Source: Ginglymostoma cirratum (taxonomy: Eukaryota). Taken from it: a DNA stretch of 64,000 bases. Location: the NCBI GenBank assembly GCA_024137785.1, contig JAHRHZ010000032.1, positions 13,688,400 through 13,752,399 of the forward strand. The letters run 5' to 3'. The notes below the pieces were generated by a model. It made no database searches and was not told the DNA's origin. It was given only the letters and a program-made list of their open reading frames with translations. Each line of letters starts with the position of its first letter. The stretch's first letter is position 1. The translations under genes were made by a program, and so were the position numbers. This document shows positions 1 to 10,699 of the stretch, in pieces.

Positions 1-225
1 TCAAACAAAGGCACCAAGTAAAGTATCACATCTTAGGTTTGTATGAAACCTAAGGCCCATGTTGGTAATCAGACTATGTATTTTAACAACATTAACAAAA
101 TACGAAGGCAACTTGAAAAACATGAGATATACATAGTCGCCAAATAGAAATCTAATGGGGAATTCAGAAAAAAAATGACTTCACCCAAAAAAAATGTGAT
201 AACTATGTGGAACCCATCATCACTT

Positions 226-332
226 GCCTACTGCCATACTAGTCTGAAAATGTCTGAGCTAAGCTAAGCAGACCCAGGCCTGGTTGATACTTGGACAGGA
301 GATCACCTAGGAATACCAGGTGCAGTAGGCTT
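226..332 (+). pseudogene. 5S rRNA pseudogene / 5S-derived segment with a short internal deletion
   Basis: GCCTACTGCCATACTAGTCTGAAAA...AAGCTAAGCAGACCCAGGCCTGGTTGATACTTGGACAGGAGATCACCTAGGAATACCAGGTGCAGTAGGCTT follows the vertebrate 5S layout end to end, with the A-box AGCTAAGCAG intact; 107 bp versus ~120, with CpG-decay substitutions. Confidence 0.9.
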
Positions 333-342
333 AACACAGTGT

Positions 343-424
343 CATAGTGTAGCAGAGTGGTCTTAGGTGCTGGATTCAAATTCCTGCCTCTAAGGAGGTG
401 TGGGTTCAACTCCCACTGCTGTCA
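343..424 (+). pseudogene. tRNA-Leu-like pseudogene (long variable arm; anticodon position reads CAA)
   Basis: TAGTGTAGCAGAGTGGTCTTAGGTG CTGGA TTCAAAT TCCTG CCTCTAAGGAGG T GTGGG TTCAACT CCCAC TGCTGTCA resembles vertebrate tRNA-Leu (GGTAGCGTGGCCGAGCGGTCTAAGG...CCCACCGCTGCCA) with CpG decay; followed by T5 at 430-434. Confidence 0.8.
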
Positions 425-434
425 CTTGCTTTTT

Positions 435-747
435 GGGGTGGCACGGTGGCTCAGTGGTTAGCATTGCTGCCTCACAGTGCCGGGGCCCGGGTTTGATTTG
501 ACTTTTGTGGAGTTTGTACATTCTCCACGTGTCTGTGTGGGTTTCCTTCGGGTGCTCCGGTTTCCTCCCACAGTCCAAAGATGTGCAGGTAGATGGATTG
601 GCCATGTTAGTTTTTCCCATAGTGCTTAGAGATGTGTAGATTAGGTTGGTTATAGGGGGATGGATCTGGATGGGACGCTCTGAGGGTTGGTGTAGACTTG
701 TTGGGCCGAAGTGCCTGTTTCCGCACTGTAGGGATTCTAAGTCTAAG
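435..747 (+). mobile_element. HE1-type V-SINE (tRNA-derived head, CR1-like tail)
   Basis: GGTGGCACGGTGGCTCAGTGGTTAGC head, V-domain GGGTTTCCTTCGGGTGCTCCGGTTTCCTCCCACAGTCCAAAGATGTGCAGG, tail GGGCCGAAG...CACTGTAGGGATTCTA; four further copies in the window. Confidence 0.9.
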
Positions 748-1079
748 CCACATGGAGAGTGTTGCCTGATAGTAAATATGCACTTAAGGAGACACTCGTC
801 AAGTATACGATCGAGAAGGGAATAGATGGTTTTGTTGGCAGAGTTAAATGATGATTCATAAGAGGTGGCTCGACTAGAGCATATAAACCTATATAAACCG
901 GTTCATCTTAAATGACCACTGGGCTGAATGATTAATAGAGGCAACATAAAGCTGGATGAGAGGATGAACTGTGAGCAGGATACAGAGATACTTCAATGAA
1001 ATTTGAACAAGTTGAGTGTTTGGTGAAATTCATGGCAGATGAGGTATAATGTAGATAACCATGAGAAAAAAACAGACAG

Positions 1080-2040
1080 GCAGCAGATATCACCGAATGT
1101 CGATAGATTGGGAATGGAGGAGCTGCAATGAGACCTGGGTGTACTTGTACATCAATCACTGAAAGTAAGCATGCAGGTGCACCGAACAGTGAAGAAGACA
1201 AATGATTTCTTTGCCTTCATAGTGAGAGGATTTCAATGCAAGAGCAGGAATGTCTAGCTGCAATTGTACAGTGCCTTGGTGATAGCACATCTGGAGTATT
1301 GTGCACAGTTTTGGTTCATATCAGAGAAGGGATATTTTGGCTATGGAAGGAGTGCAGTGAAAGTTTACCAGACTGATTCCTGGATTGTCAGAACTGACAT
1401 ATGAAGAAAGGTTGAATTGGTCGGAATTTGGAAGAATAAAGGAGGATCTCATTCAAATTGATAAATCTCTCACAGGATTAAACAGGGTAAACATAAGAAG
1501 GATATTCCTGATGACCAGGAATCAAGAACCAGGGGTCACAGTCTAATGATAAGGGATAAGCCATGCAGGACAAAAATGAGAAGAAATTTATTCATTCAGA
1601 GGAGTCCTTTGCCACAGAAAGTGGTTGAGCCCAAACCATTGAATGTTTTTAAGGCGGAGTTAGATCTTGGATTATAGAGGTGAAATGGTATGGGGAGAAA
1701 GCAGGAACGGGGTATAGTTGGATGATAGGCCATGATCATATTGAATTGTGGAGCAGGTTCGAAGGCTGAATGGTTTTATTCCTGCTCCTGTTTACTATCT
1801 AATTCTATGAGACAATTTTTAGATTGCGCGTTGTTGTGACCTGGAATGCAGTGCCTAACTTGGGGCATGGGGGTTGGGGAATGGAAACAGATTCATTCAT
1901 AACTTTTGAAAAGCAAGTGGATAACTATTTCAAGTTAAATTTGATTACTGTTCGGGCCATATTGATAGCTGTTTCATTGAGCCAGTACATGCATGGTGGG
2001 TTAAATTGCCTCTTATTGTGCTGTATCATTCTATGATTAT
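1080..2040 (+). mobile_element. CR1 LINE 3' fragments (RT C-terminal region and 3' UTRs)
   Basis: Degenerate LEYCAQFW-like coding (CTGGAGTATTGTGCACAGTTTTGG) and CR1 3' end GGCTGAATGG...CCTGCTCCT. Confidence 0.8.
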
Positions 2041-2660
2041 AAATTTGCTGTTTCTCTGACTGCAACATGACCAACTTGATGAACATGGAACCATTCAAAT
2101 TCTTTGATATTATGGGGCTTTTCAAGAGTGCTGATGAATTGTCTATTGAATCTTTAATTTCCTTGGTAATTCCCTCAAAATCAGCTATGTCAGTGATTTC
2201 ACAGGGTCCCAGTACACCACTTTCATCTACCCTGTAGAAACCACATCAGAAAATCTAGGTTCTTATACTTAGGAATATTTAACATCCTAGCCTGCATTTC
2301 CTTGAGCCAGTACTCTGTTATTGCAGCTTCATGATATTTCCGTGTGGTAATCTTTGCCTGTAGATCCCCAGTCCTACTTACTTCTGGTGTACTTATCAAG
2401 GATTTTAAGTTTCTTGGATGTTGGTACTTGCTCTAAGAGAGATGGGACTTGTACAGACTAGATTGCTGTGTATTAAGAGATTTGGGATCAATATCCTTGA
2501 AGGGTTGTTTGTGTACATTATTGGGAAAAGTAAAAGCTAACTTGACAAGGGGTAGGAATCATTCTGCAGCATTAGAAAGGAGCAGCATGGTGCGTAAAAG
2601 ATTGGGAAAGACAAATGCCAGAAACTGAAACCATTCTCAGCGAAGAGAGAGTTGAGAGCA

Positions 2661-2757
2661 AATAAAAATAGAAATTGCTGGAGAAGCTCAGCAGTCTAGC
2701 AGCATCTGTGGAGAGAAATCAGAGTTTACATTTTGGGTTGAGTGACCCTTCCTCAGA
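2661..2757 (-). mobile_element. Penelope-derived short terminal repeat with degenerate hammerhead core, within CR1 fragments
   Basis: Minus strand CTGAGGAAGGGTCACTCAACCCAAAATGTAAAC; same family as 33113-33222. Confidence 0.7.
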
Positions 2758-3574
2758 GAATTGAGAAGAGATGTGATAGAGGTTTTCAAAATCATGACTA
2801 TTTGAGTAGAGTACATAAAGGGGAACTGTTCTCATTAGCAGAAATATTGAGAACTTTTCTGATTGTGATTAGCAAAAGAAGCAACATTCGCATGAGGAAA
2901 AGTGTTCTCATCTAGAGAGCGGTTAGGACCTGGAATGCACTGTCAAGAAGTGTCTTAGAGTCGTATAGTAGAGAAGAAGCCCCTTGGTCTATTGAGTCTG
3001 TATCGATATGTCTGCACTCGTCCCATTTTCCACCACTTCGCCCATAGCTTTGAATGTCATTTCAAGTGCTCATCCATGTACATTTTAGGTTCAAAGCAGA
3101 TTCAGAACTAACACTGAAAAGAGGATTAGATATGCAAAATGTTAAGAAATTTTCAGATATAAAGGAAAAAGATGGAGTAAAAGCAAGAATTATTCTTGCA
3201 GAGAGCTAGCATTGATTTGAGGCTGAATGGCCTCCTTCTGAGCTGAAACTGATCAATGACTCACTGAACGCATAACGTGTCAAATTAGAAATTGCGCAGT
3301 TCTAATTTTGAGTGTGGTAGTCACTAGGCACTATCTGACTGCATCTATTCAGACCAGTTGGACCACAGATAAACCTGGTGAACCTGCATCCTAAGTTTGA
3401 TTGTAACCTCTGGCCAAATGGATTACTACATCCTTCCTCTGTGGTCAGTGGGGGAACCCAATGACTGTGTTTATAAACCGCACAACGCAATTCACCTGTT
3501 TTGCTTTATGTTTCACTAAAGCTGCTGGGGAATCATTTGGGAACACTTCAGATGAGGGAAAATGGCTCATAAGT

Positions 3575-5190
3575 GCATAAGAACTAGGAGCAATAATAGG
3601 AAATTCAGTCCTTCAGGTCTGTTCAGACATTTAATACAATCATGGCTTGTCTTATCTTGGCCTTAACTCCACTTTCCTGGCTGCTCTCCATAACCCCTTC
3701 AACACATTAATAATTAAAAATCTGCCTACTTCTCCCTCAATTTTACACAATATCCCAGCATCCACTGCATGCTGGGGCAGTGAATTCCACAGATTCACGA
3801 CCCTTTGACAGATGCAATTACTTTTCAGCAGTTTTAAATCTGCTATCCCTTATCCTATAACTATGACCTCTTGATCTAGATTGCCCCACATGTGAAAACA
3901 TCTTTCCTATGTTTACTTTATCTGTCCCCTTTAGCATTTTATATACCTCAGTTACATCTCCTCTCAATCTTCTAACCACTGGAGTGTGGGCTTTAAAGAG
4001 CACAATCTCTCTTCATAAATCACACCCATCATCTCTGGGATCAATCTAATGAACTGACCCAATACAACTACATCCCTCCTTAAGTAGGGGAAGCAAAATT
4101 ATACACAATATTCCAAGTTCAGACTCACTAATGCCTAGTAAAGTTGCAGCAATGCTTCCCTACTTTTATACTCTATTCTTTAGTAACAAATGTCAAAATT
4201 TAATTTGCCTTCTTTATCACCTGCTGTACCAGCATACTAGTTTTCATGCTTAGCCGACACCCAGATTCCTCCACGCCTCTGAAGTTTCTCTCCAGTTAGG
4301 TAATAAGTTGCTTTGCTATACTTCTGACCAAAATGGATAACCTCACACATATCCACATTAAACATCATCTGTCAAATTTTGGTCCATTTATCCAACATAT
4401 CCATATCTATTTGTAATTTTATTATTTTTAATTACTTCTTTATTTTAGAGTCATCTGCAAATTTGACCATCTTATATTCTACCTCTGTAATAGAGATTTT
4501 GAACAATTGGGACCAGACGACTGACCCACTAGTTACATCCTCCCCTCCAGAAAAAGACCCATTTATCCCAACTCTCTGCTTTCTGTTGGTTAGTCAATCC
4601 CATATCCAAGATCATAAATTACCCCTAATCCCATGCAATCTTACCTCATGTATTAACCTTTTGTTTGGCACCTTATCAAATTCTTTTTTGAAGTCCAGAT
4701 GTACTATATATGCAGGATCCCCATTATCTACACTGCTTGTATACCATCAAAGAACTCCTGCAAATTAGTCAAACATGATTTATACTTCATAAAATCGAGC
4801 TGACTTTGGTGGATTGCATTTTGATTTTCCAAATGTCCTGTTATTACTTCCTTAATAATGGATTTATAACAATTTTCCAAAGACACATGTGAAACTAACT
4901 GGTCTACATTTTCATACTTTATACCTCCATCCCTTTTTGAATGAGGCCTTTATATTAGCATATTTTCAGTCGATGGGAACCTTTCCTGTATCCCAGGAAT
5001 TTTGGAACGTTGTAGCCAATGGATGCATTATCTCTGCTGCCACTTCCCTTAAGACCATAGGAAGTATGCCACTAGGACCTGAGAACTTGTCTGCCTTCAA
5101 TCCCAATCATTTGCTTAGTACTTTTCCTCAAGTAATAATGATTGTTCCCAGTTCCTCCCTTTCTATAACCCCTAGATTATCTCTTACTAT
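3575..5190 (-). mobile_element. CR1 LINE, 5'-truncated and decayed
   Basis: Minus-strand ORF 3818-4003 RRLRGDVTEVYKMLKGTDKV is typical of the CR1 ORF2 C-terminus; 3' end CATAAGAACTAGGAGC at ~3577. Confidence 0.85.
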
Positions 5191-6029
5191 TGGAAGAGAT
5201 TTTGCAATGCCACATAGGAGGCTTTAGTGACTCAGATGAAATGCAGGAGGGAAGGTAATGTTTTCCTGTGGGAATGTGGTGGAGTGGGGCAGAGAATGGG
5301 GAAAACTTGCACAGCCTCAGACATTATTAAAACACAATGCCACCTCTGCCGCCTGCATAGACCACCAGCTATTCAACTATGACAGCGACATCAACACAGT
5401 GCAGTATCACACAGTCACTCAGAGTCAGTCCTCTCTCTTCCAAGAGAAGGTCACAGAGAACATTAAGAAGACCTCAAAAACTGGCAGGAGTATGGTTTGG
5501 GTGGAGGGGAGATGTGGAAAGCTTCCATGAATTTAGATACTGGAGGAAACTTTGTTCCACATAATAAACCTGAGGAGTCTAGCACTGCTGAAGCTGATGG
5601 TAATTTACTGTCTTCTATCATCTGTCAAGTCTTTCCCCACCATCATCTTGAGATGTGACATCATGGAAGCTGAAGATATTGTGACAATAGATCACATGCT
5701 TTCTTCGATAGCCCTGTTTCCCTCAAATCGACCTACCCTTTCTGCTTTTGCAATTCAAGACAAGTCCAGCTCTAATGTGTGACAAAAGATGTCCCAGAAT
5801 TCTTTCTGAGCTGTGGAAAATGGGATTTCTACTGTATGTTTGTAAAAATTACAGTAACAAGGTAAGAACATTTCTGAGGACATTCTGGGCTGCTGAATCA
5901 CAAACCAGACAGGTATAAGAATCTGATGCAAATTCAGGAGGAAATATGAATGGAATAATATTGAAGAAGTAAGATGAAATATGAGACAACACCAGCTGTT
6001 ATCATTGCTTTTATATGAAATATACTAGA

Positions 6030-6640
6030 GACAATAGGACAAGGAGTAGGCCATTCAGCCATCGAGGCTGCTGTGTCAATTAATACAATCAGGCTGATTG
6101 AGTACATTCAGAGATAGTAGGAACTGCAATGCTGGAGAATCTGAGATAACAAGATGTAGAGCTGGATGAACACAGAAGGCCAAGCAGCATCAGAGGAGCA
6201 AGAAGGCTGATGTTTCGGGCCTAGACCTTTCCCATGCAATTCCAATAACTCTTAATGCCAGTGACAATCAAAATTTATCAGTCTGTACTTTAAATATATT
6301 CAAAATCTGAGCTTCCACAGTCCTGTGGTGCAGAGAATTCCAAAGTCTCAAATGCCTATTAGAAAAAGGTTTCCCCTCATCTCAATCTGAAGTGACATCC
6401 TACATATTTTCATATATTATGTTATTATATGTATTCCTACTACTAATGCAAGGCCAACATGTCTGTAGTTCCTTGTATTTTCCCTTTCTCCTCCCTTAAA
6501 TAATGAGGTGACATTTGTAAATTTGCAATCTGCAGGAATCATTCTGGAATTCATGGAATACAGATAATCAATAGATTACTGATGTATTGATTATCTGTAT
6601 AGCTACCTCCTTCAACCCACTGGAATGTAGACTATCAGAC
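6030..6640 (-). mobile_element. CR1 fragments interrupted by a Penelope terminal fragment (6110-6230)
   Basis: GGAGTAGGCCATTCAGCC CR1 end; inserted GAGATAGTAGGAACTGC...GAACACAGAAGGCCAAGCAGCATCAGAGGAGC matches the other Penelope ends in the window. Confidence 0.65.
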
Positions 6641-7429
6641 ACCAGAGCTCAAAATCAGAAAATGCTGGAAATATTCAGGCAACATCTGGAAAAAAGAGAC
6701 AGTGAGTTAACATTTCAGCTTGATGACTTTTCATCCAACTGCGACAATCCAAAGGGACGCAATATTTTTGATTATGAAAACAAAGCAGCCAAATAACTTG
6801 AAATGATATAAATACAGGATCCTGCTTTGCAAGTCTGTTATAATCCTCAAGATGGCAGTATAGCTGAAAGTTATATTTGAAAATAGGATTTAATTGGAAA
6901 ATATAAAATAAACAATTGTGTTAATGCATACATAACTGCGTGTTGGAGAAGTATTCATAAAGTTAACATTAAGGCCTGGCAAGCAACAAGGTATTTCCTC
7001 TAAAGCAACTATTTGTCTAAGCTGTTTCAATAAAAGCTTCAATTAGCAGTTAGTTTATTCAACTGACAAGTGCATTTGTTCCTTTTGTTTAAAGAACATG
7101 GGATTGTTTTACATTCAACTGCTCCACTTTCCATGTTACAGATCCTGCAAATTGTCAACCACAGAAAACAAGCAGTCAAAAACAGGCTTATCTATCCTAA
7201 TTTATTTTTAATGGAAGGTTAAATTGTAAATTAATGGATTTGCTTTCACAAAATAACCATTCACATAACTTTAATCTTCTAACGTTATGTCAGGACTATT
7301 TTCCATAGCAATACGATGGGTAAGTATGTTATAAAGTCTGGGAAGAACAGTTTTGAATCATAGTGATGGAGATGAAATGGGTGCTTCAGCAGTGAAACAA
7401 TGTGAATGAAGGAAGGACTAAAGTAAAAC

Positions 7430-7718
7430 AAAATTTTATTTATAATGTACCTTTCAAGTTTTCAGGATTTCCCAAAGCACTTTGCTGTTAATCAAATATG
7501 TTTGAAATATCACAGTTGGAATGTTGGGAAACAGAACAATCAATTTTTCACAGCAAGGTTTCACAAATAGCAATGAGACAATGACTGGATAATCTGGCTT
7601 TAATTACGGATATCAAGAGATAAATATTAGCCATGATAATTCTTATATGCTGCCATTGGATGCTTTATGCCTCTCAGGACAATCAGGATATCCAGATTAA
7701 TACCTCATCCAAAAGACT
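7430..7718 (-). mobile_element. SacSINE1/AmnSINE1-like DeuSINE (Deu domain and tail)
   Basis: Reverse complement GTCTTTTGGATGAGG...ATCCAATGGCA...ATATTTATC...CAGATTATCCAGTCATTGTCTCATTGCTATTTGTGAAACCTTGCTGTG...AAAGTGCTTTGGGAAATCCTGA...TGAAAGG matches the recalled Deu-SINE layout. Confidence 0.7.
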
Positions 7719-8299
7719 AGAAAGTTGTTAGCACCATTATTTGTGATCAATAATCATGATTCCTGAGTTGCCATCACCAGGTACAGCGGGAGTAAACAGC
7801 AGGAAAATTTGGTGCCGCCAGTTCATTTAAATGATTTATATGTAACACAGGGCCGAGTGGCTTCTGTGTTGCTGGCTTCATGGCATTTAGCAGGGGGCTA
7901 AGCAACATGTGCTAACAGCAAGTCATGTAGTTAACTTTCTGTGCTTAAAGACAGTCTGGTTCCATCATGAGAAGCAGCATTGAAGTACAGGAGGATGCTG
8001 TTAAACATTATTACTGTAATGGTAAATCTAGAAAATGGGACAACAAAGGCAGGCAGAGAGAGAGGTGCATCCAACATCATGAATGTAGTGCTGGAGGTAT
8101 TAATGATGTAATTATAGAGACAGGGAGAGACCATGGATTGACCTTTCAAGAGGTTGGGATCTGGTCTGGGGATGGGCAGACTTGCCATTCGGAAATGCCA
8201 GCCATCACGCTTGTTTCCCTACCACATTCACAATCACCTGATATTCGAGAGAAACTGGCTCCTGATCGGATTAACAACATGAGGACAACAAATTGGGAG

Positions 8300-9460
8300 A
8301 TCAATTCTTAGTTTCTGAACCACAGGATCCGGCTGCAACACTGTAATAAGCCTTATGACCTTATGACTGGGAAAGGTCAGTGAATTAATCTTTTTATGCC
8401 TTATTGTACCCAGCATTCATGTTGCTCAAAGCACTATGACCCAATCTCACACCCATAAATCGTCCACTAGTATTTAGGACTCAAAACTAACATAACATTC
8501 TTTGAGCTAATCAGCAATGGCAAGCACATTATCGACAAACAATGGTACACAATTACCTGATGCTGTGTCTTCTCTCTTGCAAATTAAGTTGGCATGCCAT
8601 AACTGGAAGCTGAACAAAACTCCACCAGACAAGAACACCTTCATCTCCTGAGCCCAATGGAAGAAATGGTTCTCAGCATCACGAGGATGACAGCAACAGA
8701 GCTCACGTCATCAGATACAGCTGAGAACATTAGGAAGATGCATCTGCCTCATGCCCCTGCTCAACTCCCAGCTCATCCTTATCCCCTTATTTGGCAAAGT
8801 GCGCAAATAGGTGATGGTGTGACATGGACCTCTTGCATCCCATCTTAACCGCACACCCACCTGAACCCCTTTTTTCATTCCAGTCTTGCCCTTCTGATTT
8901 TCTGCTTTCAGACACACAAGAACTGCTGCCTACCTAGTGGCAGCACCTCCTTGAGGAAGAGAAAGAGAAACAACAGGACTGATGATTACTCTGTCACTTG
9001 ATCAATATTTAGAGTCACTGGCTGTGATATTTACTCTGCACACATGTCAAAGGTTGTAGAGAGTCAAGATTAGCATGAGATGAGTCATTGACCATTACTG
9101 GTTGCAGATAGGCAGGGATAAAAGAATAGTTTGTGTACCAATCAAGGGCTCACATGGCACATAGGCAGTGGCCCTACCTTTTCCAGAGGTGTGTAATGGC
9201 ATCTCTGAACAGGTTGATTAGAAAGTGATTCATTTGTGCACCAGCTCATTTGAAAGCAAGATTGTAAATAATTTGGAAAAAGATATAATTGTGGAGGCAT
9301 ATAGGAGACCACTGATAGACATGTGCACTAAGATGCTAAGTGCATTGACTATCCTGCCAGATTGTCTCTGGACATGATCAAAGAAGATACAGGAGTCCAG
9401 TTCCAAGCTGGCTTTGTGAAGATTTTGCCCTCTCTGCAGCCTGGGCTCTATTTTTCAATT
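8300..9460 (+). mobile_element. Probable decayed PIF/Harbinger DNA transposon (Myb/SANT-like ORF remnants)
   Basis: Broken peptide remnants HLLSPMEEMVLSI (~8640-8680) and RRPLIDMCTKMLSAL (~9300-9350) resemble Harbinger accessory-ORF pieces; no intact frame and no TIRs identified. Confidence 0.4.
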
Positions 9461-9544
9461 ATGTTCTAGACCCGGAGGCACTGCCACTACTGTGTCTGTT
9501 ACAGCTACAGTTAGTATGCAACAACATTTCCTGCCAAATCAAAG

Positions 9545-9735
9545 AAGCAGTTTCCATAGTCCCAGAGGATCAAAGGGCTGCTCTCTCTTTAGAGGGGGAT
9601 GACTGATGGTGAATATAACCTGAGGATCATGACACCTCAGGCAAGAGGTGAGGTCAAGAAGGTGGTGATGTGGGAATGGAACCTGCGCTGTTAGCATCAC
9701 TCTGCATTGCAAACCAACCACCCAAAAGTAGGAGC
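9545..9735 (-). mobile_element. tRNA-derived SINE, second family (unnamed)
   Basis: Shares CATAGTCCCAGAGGA...GCTGCTCTC...AACCTGAGGAT...CAGG...GAGGT..AGAAG with 10360-10575 and 27430-27585. Confidence 0.65.
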
Positions 9736-10359
9736 TCAGCACAAGACATCCATTACATTCCAGAATATTTTTAGACTTGTATTTGCATAACTTATTCTTC
9801 TTACTAGAATTTTTTTTCTAAATTCTGCAGTATGTCTATGCTTTGTTGCTTTAAAGGCTTTTAAGTCTTCAGTATGTCAATGCTGCTTTATTCTCTTTCT
9901 CTGAAAAAAAAACTTTTAAATCTTCTGTATACCCGTTTTTTTTCTTGCCTTAAAGGCTTTAACTGTGAACTGTACCAAATGTTGCTTCCCTATACTGCAT
10001 GTTGGATGGTTTACCCAAGCTTTTGCAAACAAAATGGAAGTTTCTCACTACTTGCAGTTAAAATTGAGGTTTCCCACCATTTTGTGAGCAAAATGAACAA
10101 TTTCCTGCCTTTTTCCGCCAACAATCTCCTTACCTGATGGCATCTCAGAATAAGAACCACAGAATTGTTGTGATGTAGAAGTAAGCCATTCAGCCAATTG
10201 TTGCTGCACCAGTTCTTTGAGCATTTCAACTTAATTCAATCTTCTGGCTTTTCCCTATAGCCCTGCACATAATTCACCCATTGCTTTGTTAAATGCTTCA
10301 GTTAAACATACCTCCACCACACTTCCAAGCAGTGTATTCCATACCCTAACTAGAGAAAA

Positions 10360-10575
10360 GTAAAGATACCATAGCCTTCCCAAACATGGGGCTGCTCTTA
10401 TGCTAGAGAGAGGCAATTGGTGCTGGTTTAACCTGAGGATTACCATGCTTCAGGTGAGGGTAAGAGGTTGAGAAGGAGACTCCTTCTTGGTAACATCAAC
10501 TGTTGCAGGAAATGAACACACACAGTTGGCATCACGCTGCATACAAACCAGCCATCAAAGCAACTGAGCTAATCA
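10360..10575 (-). mobile_element. tRNA-derived SINE, second family (unnamed)
   Basis: Minus-strand head TTAGCTCAGTTG (A-box-like); homologous to 9545-9735. Confidence 0.65.
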
Positions 10576-10699
10576 ATCTCAGACAAAGGCATTTAAGGAA
10601 GTATCATATAATGGTGGGTAAATTTTTTGAATTGAAGTTTATGGTTCAAATTTCGTAGATGGGAATCACATCAGATGGTGAGGTCGTGTAATGTCAGGA

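Larger units (their letters stand above)
100..920 (+). mobile_element. Old CR1-type LINE 3' end, split at ~225/748 by the 5S-tRNA-SINE insertion
   Basis: 5' part (GGGGAATTCAGAAAAAAAATGACTTCACCCA...ATGTGGAAC) and 3' part (CCACATGGAG...AAGGGAATAGATGG...GAGCATATAAACC) read as contiguous pieces of a CR1 3' terminus; recognised from memory. Confidence 0.6.

Noticed and set aside
226-424. Functional 5S rRNA or tRNA genes
   Set aside because: The 5S copy has an internal deletion and CpG decay, and the tRNA has mismatched acceptor and anticodon stems; both are treated as pseudogenes.
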